Positions 37,557 through 51,163 of a stretch of 64,000 bases of DNA are shown piece by piece (within the stretch, counting starts at the first letter, position 1; each line of letters begins with the position of its first letter). Under the pieces are notes generated by a model. It made no database searches. It saw only the letters and a list, made by a program, of their open reading frames with translations, and had not been told where the DNA came from. Source of the DNA: Okamejei kenojei (Eukaryota). The DNA is taken from NCBI GenBank assembly GCA_035221665.1, contig CM069148.1, positions 51,832,001 through 51,896,000 of the forward strand, given 5' to 3'. The translations under genes were made by a program, and so were the position numbers.

Positions 37557-40214
37557 ACTACAGCTGCAATCAGACGCTGACTCTGAACAAAAAAAAGTTA
37601 TTGTTGAGCTTGCATGTGTGGTCCTACAGACTCATCAACAATGGTCTTAACTGTTACTTAATGTGTGAAGCATTCTGATTTGGTTTTTTTTAACGTATCA
37701 TGGACATTTTACATTACTGGCGACAGCCTGAAAACAAAAAAAAAACAAATGAAAACATCAGGACTTGAAAGTTGTTGCTTAATATAAATTCATAGCTATC
37801 TGGCAGTCTTAATTTTTATTTTGCTTTCTCTTCTGTGAGCTTTTATTTTTTCCAGTGCTTTGGTTACTTTTTTTCGTAAGGGGCGGGGGGGGATTATAAC
37901 CTCACTCAGGTATGCTGTGCCAACCAGCAACTTGTGAATGTGTTTTTAATCTGAACTATTTAAAATAATTTAAATTTCGTAGTTCGAAACAAAAAAAACA
38001 ACAGAAAGTTGGGTAGGGGATTGGGGTGGGGAACCAACATTAAAGATGACAACACGCACAAAAGGTATCACGTCAAACAATGTGCCAGGCCTTGGCTGGC
38101 TTTCTTGACATCTTTTTTGTTTTTCTTTTTGATTTGCATCTTGTACAGTTTGTGAAAAAAAAGAAGAAAAGTGCCAAGCATCGATTGACATTGAACTCTT
38201 AAAACACTCTGAAAAGTCTTACTTGGGAGTCACTGCAAAAGTCTTAGACAATCGTCTGTGATTTAGTGAGGAGATGTGGTAACACTTACAGGATGGGTTT
38301 CCATCCAGACAGCAGTGAAGTTACTCAGGAAAATGGAGAAAGGATTTTTGTTTATTGCAACCTGCCACAGTGCATGTGTCCCGTGATTTTGTTTCAGACA
38401 CGTGATGTGCCACGAATAAGGTGTTCAACAGTTATTCCTCAATGCAGAACACACAACAGGCAGCTCGTCAAGTTGTCTTCTTAGAATAGTTCCTTAACCT
38501 TTACCTCATTACACTGAGCTGCAGTGAGAATATCTTCATCATTCCGCAGATCCAAGGGGCCAGAGATCTCAGAGCATTGAATTCAAAAGGAAACGAAGAG
38601 TGTGGCTGGGGAAATATTAAAATAACCGTAGGGTTAAACCAGTGACTGTAAACCGAGGATAGTCTGCTCAGCATGGGAAATATTCCCACAAAGCAGAGTT
38701 TAAATCGGAATCACTCATTATTAACTAAGAGACAATACTTTTCTCCTGAAGGGTATGTCAATCTGAAACATCACCTATCCATGTTCTCCAGAGATGCCGC
38801 CTGACCCACTTACTCCAGCATTATGTTTCCATGTCTCCTCACTCACACTCTAATCCCTTTTCTTCAGCATCAGAACAGTACCAATGCCAACCCACAACCC
38901 TGTCACACAAGTCAGATGGCTATTCCCAGCTCAGCTTTGAACAGATAATGTGGTGCTCGTCAGAGTCATACAGCACGAAAACAGGCCCTTCGCCCCAACT
39001 CGTCCATGCTGACCAACATGCCCCGTCTAAGCTATTCCCATTTGCCCACCTTTGCCTCATATCCCTCGAAACCTTTCCTACCCACGCACCTGTCCGAGTG
39101 TCTTTTCAACTTGTACCTGCCTCAACTACCTCTTCTGGCAGCTTGGTGCTCGTACCCACCACACTCGGAGGGATAGCGATAGGATGAGTGAGGGTGGGGA
39201 AAGAGATTTGGGGGGTGTGGAGGAGTTGCCATATTCTTAGTTAACTCCACGAGCATCACCTGTGGCTTAGTCAAAAGCACACAGTTCATAGTCACAGACA
39301 GTTATCGAGTCATACTGAGTGGAACCATCACCTTAGGCCCAACCTGCCCTTGCCCCATCCGCACTAGTCCCCCGCTGCCTGCTATTGGCCCCTAACCCTC
39401 GAAACTTATCATGTGCCTGTCCAAATATTTCTTAAATGTTGCGCTAGTACCTATTTGTTTTTCCTCCCTCTCTACCCCATCTCCTCCCTCAACCCCCACC
39501 CCTCCCCCTCACCTTCCCCCTCGCTCACCCCCTCGCTCACCCTCTCCCTCTCCCTCGCACCTAGCCCTTCCCCTCTACCTCCGGTGTTCCCACCGCTGGC
39601 TTGTCCGGGCTGCCACCAGCGTGTAGTACCGAGGTGGTCCCACTGCTTGGTGCTTGCAGCCTTAAACAGAGGTCCCGCTGGCTGCCACAGGTGTTTACTA
39701 AAGAAAGTCGAGGAGCAGGGGACTAATCCTTTATCCTTTGGCCAACATATCAATTAGATTACCAGATCATGAAGATTTGCGCCATCCTTCCCTGCACCAT
39801 TGCTTGCTGTTTTTCCAATTCTTCAACAGTGTCTGGGCTTTAGAGGTACCTCACTGACTGCAATATGCTTCAGGCCACGAAAGAGGCCACATAAACGGAA
39901 GTCTTAGTTGTTCCAAGAGTCTTAGCCGTTTCCCAATGGCATCAAACCACAATACTTAAAGCAATTCCATTCCTCAGGCTCTTGCCATTCACCTTGAAAA
40001 GCACAAATGGGGCAGAGATAGAGCAGGAGGATATCGAATACTAATCACTTAAATTCACAATGTCTTAATTCATCTACTGTGAAAATTACTTACACTATGG
40101 TCTTAAACAGAATTTGGATGAGCAGGAAGTAAATGGGTTTGTTTTTAAAAAAAATATATATAGCGCAGCCCAATAAGACATAAGGTTCATCTCCAATAGC
40201 AGCCCTGCATATTC

Positions 40215-40620
40215 GTCAAGTTGAGTTTATTGTTAAATGCATAGATATGGTGAGGTACAGGTACAATAAAATATTGCTTGCAGCAGCATCACAGACACAT
40301 AAATAACACACAGAAACATAATTTATACGTAAACTACAAAAGATAGTGAAAAGAGCAAAGACGTGCGCAAAAACAAGACACTAACAAGACACTAAAGCCA
40401 ATTGGAGAACAAGTGCATGGGCGTGCAAGAGGAAGTGTGTAGTTTCTGTAGCTGAGCTAGGATTGGGATTGTACGGGTCGGTTCAGCAACCTAATGGTTG
40501 TAGGGATGTAGCTGTTCCTGAACTGGATGGTGTGGGACTTTGGGCTTCTGTATCTCCTGCCCAGTGGGTCCTTGATGATAGACACCACTTTATTTAAGCA
40601 GCGCCTGGTGTAGATACGTA
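40215..40620 (-). mobile_element. Old Rex1/Babar fragment in the putative 3'UTR
   Basis: tttattg...ggtacaataaaa...gctgttcctgaactggatggtgtggg resembles the Rex 3' ends. Confidence 0.55.
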
Positions 40621-41273
40621 CAATGACACATTTCCTGTCTTAAATGCTGAATGGGTACTAGAAAATGATAGCAGCCATTATCAAGTCAACACTACTGTTA
40701 TATATGTGTATTTGAGACGATAAATTGGGGGGAACTATAGGCTATTTTTGACAATTTAGGCAGATTTCTGCTTATTATCAAACCCCCCAGTGAATAGTTT
40801 AGTTCCACTATTTCATCCTGGACCAGTTTGATTTAGACTGTGATAATTTAGTTGGGACATCTTGCAATGGGAATAACTGATGAACACTTTGTTTCTTTTA
40901 TAAATCATTCAAGGTACTGACAACTATTTCATTCAAAAAAAAAGGAAAATATTTGAACTTTAAATCTGGCTTCAATGAGGGAGGGTGGGAGGAGTGAGGG
41001 AATGGTTCTTAAGTCTTGTATAATTTATTAAAGTTCATATAACCTCTTACTGATAAACAGTTCCCCTCAACTGTTTAATATTTTTTTAAAAATCAGTTTT
41101 ACTTAGGGCAGTGTATGGCTTTTAGTTTGAAAGTACAATCTGTAGTTTGTATTTCATTGCACCCACACAGTAAGTTTTTTTTAGCTGTTTTGTTGCCATG
41201 CCGATATGATATTTCACAGGCTGGTGGGAAACAAAGGACTGTTTTTTTGGGACTGAAAACTTGATTATTCTTG

Positions 41274-41422
41274 NNNNNNNNNNNNNNNNNNNNNNNNNNN
41301 NNNNNNNNNNNNNNNNNNNNNNNNNNNNNNNNNNNNNNNNNNNNNNNNNNNNNNNNNNNNNNNNNNNNNNNNNNNNNNNNNNNNNNNNNNNNNNNNNNNN
41401 NNNNNNNNNNNNNNNNNNNNNN
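41274..41422. other. Assembly gap (149 N)
   Basis: Run of n. Confidence 1.
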
Positions 41423-44400
41423 AGCACTGGATATAAATGATATTTTTTATCACTTCTGACTAATGTGAAACTGTTTTAAGAGATATTACATGAACAAAAA
41501 GCCTCCTGTAAAGACTCGTGTGGGCTTGCCTCACAGTTGCCAGATTTGAGTCATTTTATGTCTAGTAATTTTATTTATGCAAAAAAAGAAAATGTTATGT
41601 ATGAATACTTTGTTTTAGCTCCATTCAAATCCACCCTCAGTTACTTCCCTTTATTTCTCTCTCTCCCTCTCCCCCTCTCTCCCTCTCCCCCTCTCTCCCT
41701 CTCCCTCTCTCTCTCTCTCCCCCCTTTGTCATTCACCCCCTGTCCGACTCCCCCAACAAGACACTTCATTTCACACCACATTCTCCTCTCCCAATGATTG
41801 GCAAAAACAAACAACAAACCTATCTTGTTTTGTTCAATGATCTTAATTGTAAATTGTATTTGAAAGTCGACTAGATCAAATAAATGTTTGTGTAATATTT
41901 ATTAGCCGAGATCAGGCTCTAAAATATCTTTGCAGAGTTAAAGACAATCAATAAAGGAAGTAGTACAAATTTGGTGAAATTGGAGCTTAAAACAAAGTGA
42001 TAACAAAAATATCCACCATCTCATTTTAGATTTTTTTGTTAAATTGTAAATATAACATAGGAAATAGAATTCTATTTTTGTTCATGAATACATAGTGAAA
42101 TATAAGTTATGTATTTGCTGGTTTGTTATAGATCATTTGTATGTTGGTCCACATTTTTAAATGCTGACAAATCGCTGTACCTCACATAGATACAGAACCT
42201 TCACCTGCAGTGCTGTCTCAGTATTGGGCTATAAGCTGAGGTATTCAGACACCTCGCCGACCGCCCCTCTCTCATGTTTTTTTTTTGTATTGTATTATTA
42301 TTATTAAGGATATGTATAGCATTACCGTTAGTAATGTGCAGAGTAGGGAAATAATTTTATTTAAAGAGAGAAACACTTTGTTGAATCACTTGTACTGTGC
42401 CCACTTCTTAGCAGGAAGAAACCGGTCAACATTTGTGATTTCTTTTGCATCTTCCGTGTGGAGCTGTTATCAGGCAGGGGTGGGGTGGTCGGTGGAGTTA
42501 GCATGAGTTGAACGTTGCTCTTGGTTATGGGGCTGGGTTTAGACTTTCCTATTCCTCAGTGCCATGCAGGTTTTGGTGGACAACGGGTAGAAAGATGTAC
42601 CTTCAGTGTTAGGAATAAAACAGAGATCACCCGATGGTAATGAGGTGTAAAATAAATAGGGAGGATGCTCAATGATACCACCGCATTTGGCCAGTGTAGA
42701 GTTTTTACCTCAGTCCCACCTAAATACTAAATGCCCTCGACAATCTTTCATCGTAGATACAACCGTAAATTAAATCGTCCTCACCATTTTGATCAGTGCT
42801 TGCAACTATCAAGCAAACATAGGCGTATCAGCAGAGTTAGTCTCAAAGGATATCTTAAAGATGTTATCTGGATGACACAGAGGAAGAATGAGAAATGTGC
42901 TTGAAGGAGCAGTCTGCTTTAAGACTGCCTGACTAAACAGAAGTTTAAAAGGGGAATGATCAAAAGGCATGGCTAACAAGCATTTTTGATTTTTTTTTCT
43001 TTGAGTTGTTTCTCACATTAAACAAAGAAACAGTTTTTCCAAACACATTATTTTTTAATATAAATTTGGGAGATATTTAAGATTCTTTATTAAATAAGTT
43101 CTTAATTATTTTAGGCATCTCTGGAACAAATAGGTTCTGAACGACACGTTGAGGGGTGACTCGAAAACTTGCCCAAATTCGGCCGAAGTCCTGTAGTATA
43201 AGTTTCAAGGATATGTAAGACAACAGTCAGGAGATTATGCTGATTCCTAGATTAGCATCTGCACTTTTTATAATGCCGTGTGTAATAGGGCAGAGAGAGC
43301 AAGGAGACAAATGCTGTGGTGCTTTGGGATCTCCATCCTTCCTGCATGCTGCCTTTCTTGATCATTAATGTTGTGATAAAAATATTTTATTCCCAGGCTG
43401 TGCCATATTTTTTATTCAACGTTGGGTTTTACAAAACACGCCCAATGACTTGATCTGCCAAATGCATTAACCTCAAAGGTGACAAAATGTATGATTTCTT
43501 AGATTGATGCAGTATTGAAAATGTCGCAAACCAAGTTAGTCTGGCTCACTTTGGAGTCATAAAGTTCACCTATGATCATCAATGAATATAATTGAGAATT
43601 GTTCGTTAAATTCACTCTTCCTTCCTCGCCTGTTACTGTCACAATCCAACAACGATGTTGTTGAGACACACAGGTGAGATGTTTGAAGCTATTGGGAGTA
43701 TGGGGAAACGTGCAAATAACAATTTGTTTTATTTTGTATCCAGCACACTGCAACCTTGCGGTGTGTTTCTGTTGTTTTGTGTCCCTTTTGGCCCTTGCGT
43801 TTCATGCTGGACCATGCAATTTTATAAAATAACCTCTCCACTGCTTTACGGAGAGGCGTTTTATAGTGTTTGTTCATTCATTGAGTAGTTGCCATTTCGT
43901 TTTTCAGTCGTTGAAAGAAAGTACATTAAGACATGCTTGTAAGCTGTTCCTGCATAGCCTCTTACTGTAACTTTATCTTCCAAAAGTGGAAGTTTTTGTT
44001 TTCATTTTGATGTATATTTGATGTTGTTCTTCATGTTAATTTAATCAGCACAATTCACTGACTTGCTGGACTGACATGCTGGCTGCTGACAAAGTATAAA
44101 GGTTTCTTTAGGTTTTATTTTGTTTCGTTTTAGCATGCACGTGCGACTGGCAACCGGGTCTCTTGTTACCATGGTACTATGCTCTCAATCCTATACCTAT
44201 ACCAGGCGTGGCCATCCAACATTAAACTGGCCCGCTCTTTGTCTCTTGTACAGTAGGATTTGAACATTAAAAGGAAAAGTTTTTCGTTACAAAACAATCT
44301 TTCAACTTTTCATTTTGAACAAATTGCAATTCAGGTACCTGGCCCACTGTAGGAATATATGTTTGGGTGTCTCGAGAGATCGTGTCTGCTGCTGCTTTGA

Positions 44401-44902
44401 TGATGTCTGACAAATGTAAATAATTTATCCAAAAAAAAGAAAAAAAAAGACATGTACAGTCTAGTGTAAAGTTTGTAATTGAACATAAGAGAAAAAAACT
44501 CCATCGCTATGTTCCTCATGTTCTGTTCTTTATACAGTACAAAAGACAACCTTGTTTGTTGGGATGATGTAAAACCTTCTCGATTATGTTCAATGTCCGT
44601 CATTTTTTTTCTCTGCTTGGTATTATTCATAATGTAAATCAGCCTTTTATTTTCCGCAGTATTGATGTGAGGTAAAGTTTTTAAAAATAATAATTAGGGT
44701 TAAATTTATTTTAGCGGTACTGTTAGTCTGAACTCCTCTGCCTCCATTATATTTGAAATAATAAAAATTATGGATGATAAAAACACTAGTCAAAAGACAA
44801 CCAACCTGTTCTTTTCTGGAGTTTTCAGGCACCTTATCAATGAGTACAATTTCAAAAAAACGAATACTTGGGTAACAATCTGAGCATTTTATTTCTACAT
44901 AT

Positions 44903-44950
44903 AATAAACATGAGAAGACAGGGATATGGCATGTTATTGAGTGTGTTTCT
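44903..44950 (+). terminator. Candidate SOX6 polyadenylation signal with downstream GU element
   Basis: AATAAA at 44903-44908, GU-rich tract ~24 nt later; repeat density rises again after ~45220. Confidence 0.5.
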
Positions 44951-45015
44951 GAGACTTAAGTTCATTGACCTCAAAGCTGCTTCTCTCCCTTTCTTTTTCG
45001 CTCTCTCTATATAGG

Positions 45016-45049
<34 letters not shown>

Positions 45050-46479
45050 CACATAAATATATATATATTCACCATCACTCCATCTTTTGTACTGCTGTTG
45101 ACACTTAATTAAAGATACATTTTGTTTTATGAGGCTTGTGTTTCTTCTATGATTTATCAAGGGATTCATTTATGATTGCCGTTTACTTTGAGTTTGAAAG
45201 AGAGTGTTAATAATAGAGCAACACAGAATGTGTTGGAGGAACTCAGCGAGTCAGGCAGCGTGCGTGGTAGGAATGGGCAGATGAAGCTTCGGAGCTCCTC
45301 CATGAGTGCTGCTTGAGTTCCACCATCACTTTCTTTTTAGCTCAGGATTTCAGCATCTGCCATTCATTGTGCCTCCTTACTAATATTCTCTGGGATTTTA
45401 TTTATTCAGTCATCCAATTTGTTTGCATATTGGTTCAATTTAAGCTTTGTAAAATGGCCATTTGAAAAATCGATGATCCATGAAATTAGACATTTACAAA
45501 GACATTTTAAACGAGTTGATCATAGTTTTGCCCACTCAGTTTTCTCAGATATTAAATGAACCTGGTCTAATTTTTCAACTCATGGTTGAACCGATCACCT
45601 AGTGTGGATTTGGAAAGATGCCTCTTAACAAGTAACATGCACTTGTACAATACTTTCCATTAAAATGGAGCACATAATTGGTAGAAACGTGGCTGATGCT
45701 AAACTAAAATAAATTAAGAAAAAGACCAAAAGTAGAGGGACATTTTTTAATGGAAGTTATTATAGCAACAATGTGCAATAAGGGAAATTAAAGCCTATCT
45801 TTTAACTGCACTTTAAAATAATTTTTCAAGATTTGCCTTTACCATTTGAAATGTTACAACTTCTTGTCAGTCGGAAGAGCCCAAACACTTTGCATCTTGG
45901 AAAGTGCCCCCCTGACGTGAGAGTTTACCCTTTTTAAACACTTCAATGCTTCCTCTGGGACATTGGTGACCAGAACTCTTTCTTTCAAACTGAGCAATGT
46001 AAAACAAAAAGCCAAAGTACCGGAGTAACTGAGCGGGTCAGCCAGCATCTCTGGAAGACATGGAAAGGCAACGTTTTGGGTCGGGACCCTTCAAACTGTT
46101 ATCCACGTCACCTACCCATGTCTTGCAGAGGTGCTGCCTAACCTATTGAGTGACTTCAGCACGCTGAGAATGTTTTTGTAGATCAGCATCTACAGGGCCT
46201 TGTGCCTAAACTGTACAATGTTTGATCATAATTCTTCTAACTTGTTTTTATACTAATTTGTCCATATTCAATTATATTGCTGTGTCAAACTCTATTTAGG
46301 CTGAACATTAGAAAATCAAGTCTGATAGTTCCTTTTCAACTCTACCTGAGAACCTGTGGCAGTTTGTGTCACACCTGGCTGTTAATTCTACAGCAACAAG
46401 GTGAATGACGGAGCATGGTGTGAGGTGGGAACTCTGTGGCTGAACACTTGGATTCCAATGATTGCTACAGCAAGGATTA

Positions 46480-47930
46480 GTCATTGAGTGATACAGCATG
46501 GAAACAGGCCCTTCGGCCCAACTCGTCCATGCCGACCAACACTAATTCCATCACTAATCCCATTTGCCCACGTTTTGGCCCATATCCTTCAAAACTTTAA
46601 TATCCATGTACCTGTCTAAATGTCATATAAATGTTATAGTACCTGCCTCAACTACCTCCTGTGGCAGCTTGTTCCATGTGAAAAAGTTGCCTCTTAGATT
46701 CCTATGAAATCATTCCCCTCAAACCTTATAAAATGTTCTCTGTTTTTGATTCCCCTACTCTGGGTACAAGACTCTGTGCATTCATCCTATCTGTTGCAAT
46801 CATGATTTCATACACCTCTATAAGATCACCCCTCAGCCTCCTGTGCTCCAAGGAATAAAATCCTAGCCTGCCCAACCTCACCCTGCAGCTCTGGCCCTCA
46901 AGTCCTCGTAAATCTTCTCTGCACCCTTTCTAGCTTAATGGCAGTAATTGGACATGAAGGTGCAGAGAGGTTTGTGCAGATTGAAGGGTGAAGGAAAGCG
47001 GTAAAATCAACATTCAGCGCATAGCAATAAATTAATCTGCCCACAGGTAAGCGACCAGTTTGTATCAGCTATTTGAGATGTCATTCAATTTATTTTTCCA
47101 TCAACTTCACCGAAAAGTCAAATCTGTAAGACAGAAAGCTGATTGAATTCCATCAATTTTCCACCTGACTAATTCAGCTCAAATTACTCTGCAAAATTAA
47201 TACCAGCATCCCCTCATAGACCATAGAACAGTACAGCAGCAAGGAACCGGCCCTTCGGCCCACAATGTCCATGCTGTACATGAGGCCAACTTAAACTGAT
47301 CTCATCTGCATCTACATGATCCGCATCCCTCCATTCCCTGCACTTTCGTCTGCCTGTCTAAAAGCTTCGTAAGTCCCGTTGTCGTATCTGCCTCCACCAC
47401 CACTCCTGGCAATGTGTTCCAGGCCCTCACTACACTCTGTCAAAGAAAGTGCCCCACACATCTCCATTAAACATTGCCTCTCCCACCTTATATCCATGCC
47501 CTCTAATGTTGGACATTTCCACCCTGGGAAAAGATTCCTACTGTCTACCCTCATCATTTTATATACTTCTATCAAGTCTCCCCTCAACCCCCGATGTTCC
47601 AGAGAAAACAATCCAGGTGTATCCAACCTCTCCCTGGAGCTGTAACCCAGGCAGCACTCTGGTAAACCTCCTCCGCACCCTCTCCAAAGCCTCCACGCCT
47701 TCCTGTAAAGGGGCGACCAGAGCTGCAGGCAATACTCCTATCCCAGCCCACCCAAAGTCCTGCAGAGCTACAACACGACTTCCCAACTTGTTCACAACTT
47801 GTACAACAACATGACTAGTACTCAATGGCTCTGGCAATGAAGGCAAGCATACCATAGGACTTCTTTACCGCTGTATCTACTTGTGATGCCAGCTTGAGCG
47901 AATGATAAACTTGCATTCTAAGATCCATCT
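46480..47930 (-). mobile_element. Two CR1 3' fragments (46480-46940, 47215-47930)
   Basis: Minus-strand LERVRRRFTRVLPGL and GLFSLEHRGLRGDLIEVYK. Confidence 0.8.
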
Positions 47931-48069
47931 TCACTTGTTGAAATGTACGGCTTGTAGCCACAATCCCAGTGATATTGCCCACAATAGGTTGTGAAATTGG
48001 CCATCGATACATTGGAGGCAATAGCATGGTGACTTACGCCCGACGTGGCAATAGCATGGGAGCCGATGA

Positions 48070-48845
48070 CTCACTGCAGCGAGTGACCTCGGTTCGATCC
48101 TGACCACGGGTGCTGTCTGCGTGGAGTTTGCATGTTCTCCCTGCGACTGCATGGGTTTCCTCCAGGTTCTCCGGTTTCCTCCCACAACCAAAAGACGTGC
48201 GGGTTTGTAGGTGAATTGACCGCTGTATATTTGCCTCTAATGTGCAGGGAGTGGATGATAAAGTAGGCATAACCAGGAATCAGTGTACAAATGGTGAACA
48301 GTTGTGCAAGACATTTGTGAGGCCACCCTTGTAATTTTGTCTTCAGTTTGGTCACCCTGCTATAGGGTCGTTAAGCTGGAATTAGTGCGGTGAAGATTTT
48401 GGAGGAAGTTGCTAGTACTCGAGCCTGAGCTATAGGGAGAGGTTGGGCAGGCTAGGACTTCATTCCTCAGAGCACAGGAGGATGAGGGGTGATCTTATAG
48501 AGATCATGAAGAGAGTGGATAGCGTGAGTGCACAGTCTTTTACTCAGGATAGTGGAATCAAGAACCAGAGGACATAAGTTTAAAGTGAGAGGGGAAAGAT
48601 TTAATAGGAACCTGAAGGACAACCTTTCCAGACAGTGGGTGTATGGAATGGGTTGCCAGAGGAGGTAGTTGAAGCAGGTACTATAACAACTTATTAAAAA
48701 CATTTGGACAGGTACATGGATAGGAGAAGTTTCGAGGGATGTGGGCCAAATGCAGGCAGGTGGGCTGAATGTAGATGGGGAACCTTGGCCAGCGTGGGCA
48801 AGTTGAGCTGAAGGGCCTATTTCCATGCTGTATATGTCCATGACT
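48070..48845 (+). mobile_element. HE1-like SINE followed by a CR1 3' fragment
   Basis: SINE at ~48070-48290, CR1 end at ~48330-48845. Confidence 0.75.
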
Positions 48846-50084
48846 GTCGCTAAAAAAGCGAATGTTAACAAGGCCTTTGATTTTACCCCTTATCCAACCA
48901 TAACTGAGAAGTATTTTATACAAATACAACCACAGTAATCAAACTGATTATTCCACAGATGGGCACAAAATGCTGGAGTAGCTGTCACCTTGGTAAGGGA
49001 CAGACTGGCGATTCAATAGACAGTGCCTGGAGTGTACATGCACCACAGGGCTCTGAGAACATTGTTATGTAACAAGAAAGAAAAGGATTAGCAAATGTTA
49101 ATGTGCGTCCCTTCTAGATTGAGAAACATAATTTATAATATGGAAACAGAAGGGGCCAAACTTAAACATGTTCCATGCACCCAGGCACCCACTGATAATA
49201 ATTGTTTAGGAGTGTATAGGAAGGAACTGCAGATGCTGGTTTAAAACAAAGATAGAGACAAAAAGCTGGAGTACCTCAGCGGGACAGGCAGCATCTCCGG
49301 AGGGAAGGAATAGGTGACGTTTCGGGTCGAGACCCTTCTTCATTATTATATTGTTTTTACCATGCAATGTAAGGTGCACAAAGGCTCCTAAAACACTTGA
49401 TACAGAGTGTAAATGTCTGCGGATAGTGCCCTGGTGTACACACATTTATACAGTTCTGCCACTTTGTATCTGAACATAGTCACCACCCTTCTCATTTGAT
49501 GGGTTGACACCCATGTTGCTACAGCAAACACATACATGTTCCATCTCCATTAATTAGTGCATCGGCAGCACAGTTGAAAACACTTCAAGCCTTAATTTAA
49601 CACTTTGCATTAGAAACTGGTCAAAAGTGCCCTTTCTGTGGTACTGGCAGCTGATTTTTAATGAACAACCTGGTTGTGATACGTTTCTTCTGCTATCTCA
49701 GTGTGACAGTGCTGGAGAGATCAGCACATAACTAATGCCTTCACTGGCGTAACGGAAACGAAGATTCATGTTAGTGAAGTCGAAGGTAGACATAAATGCT
49801 GGAGGAACTCAGCGGGTGAGGCAGCATCTATGTAGAAAAAGAATAGGTAACGTTGCGGGTCGAGACCCTCCTTCAGACTGATGTTGGGAAAAAGAAAGGA
49901 AGAGACGGAGACAGTGGCGATTGATGGTTAGCATAGATGTCTTTCACAACTGTTCACTAAACCAAAACATATGCCGCATTTTATCTGATCTGTTTGAACA
50001 ACATACGAAACAAAGCTTTTCACCGTACCTTGGTACCAGTGACAATAATAAACCTAAACCTAAACATATACCTGGACAGGTATA

Positions 50085-50910
50085 CGCAGGGTGACTTGGA
50101 CAGGTGGGGGAGTGGGCTGATGCATGGCAGATGAAGTCTAATGCAGATAAATGTGAGGTTATCCAGTTTGGTAGCAAAAACAGGAAGGCAGATTACTATC
50201 TAAATGGCGTCAAATGGGAAAAGGGGAAGTGCAACGGGATCTGGGGGTCCTTGTACATCAGTCTATGAAAGTAAGCATGCAGGTACAGCAGGCAGTGAAG
50301 AAAGCGAATGGCATGTTGGTCTTTATAACAAGAGGAATCGAATATAGGAGCAAAGAGGTCCTTCTGCAGTTGTACAGAGCCCTAGTGAGACCACACCTGG
50401 AATATTGTGTGCAGTTTTGGTCCCCTAATCTGAGGACGGATATTCTTGCTATTGAGGGAGTGCAACGTAGGTTTACAAGGTTAATTCCCGGGATGGCGGG
50501 GCTGTCATATGCTGAGAGAATGGAGCAGCTGTGCTTGTACACTCTGGAGTTTAGAAAGATGAGAGGGGATCTCATTGAAACATATAAGATTGTTAAGGGC
50601 TTGGACACGCTAGAGGCAGGAAACATGTTCCCAATGTTGGGGGAGTCCAGAACCAGGGGCCACAGTTTATGAATAAGGGGTAAGCCATTTCGAAAGGAGA
50701 CACTTTTTCTCACAGAGAGTGGCAAGTCTGTGGAATTCTCTGCCTCAGATGGCAGTGGGGGCAGGTTCTCTGGATGCTTTCAAGAGAGAGCTAGATATGG
50801 CTCTTAAAAGTAGCGGAGTCAGGTGATAATGGGAGAAGGCAGGAACGGGGTACTGAGTGGGGATGATCAGCCATGATCACATTGAATGGCGGTGCTGGCT
50901 CGAAGGGCTG
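50085..50910 (+). mobile_element. CR1 LINE fragment
   Basis: QRDLGVLVH...LYRALVRPHLEYCVQFWSP...ESRTRGHSL. Confidence 0.9.
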
Positions 50911-51163
50911 AATGTCAGTCACCTTAGCACTCAAATAGATCTGCAACAGGTCCATGAAGCTGGCATCTGAACCACTGTTCCACACTAAAGTCTCAAGCTA
51001 ACCTCCAGCTTACATCTCATCATTCACTGTGTGGTGGCTGGCATTCTTAAACTGAATGTAGAAACAAGGAACCACAGATGCTGGTTTACAAAAAGATGAC
51101 ATGAAGTGCTGGAGTAACTCAGCAAGTCAGACAGCGTTTCTGGAGAACATGGATAAGTGACGT

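Larger units (their letters stand above)
37557..44930 (+). promoter_or_regulatory. SOX6: Putative long SOX6 3'UTR
   Basis: AU-rich and mostly repeat-poor, with clustered miRNA seed sites. AATAAA at 44760 and 44903, the latter followed by GU-rich tgttattgagtgtgtttct (44932-44950). End inferred. Confidence 0.6.

Noticed and set aside
48017-48058. 13-bp direct repeat ggcaatagcatgg
   Set aside because: Short local duplication at a CR1/SINE junction, with no further structure.
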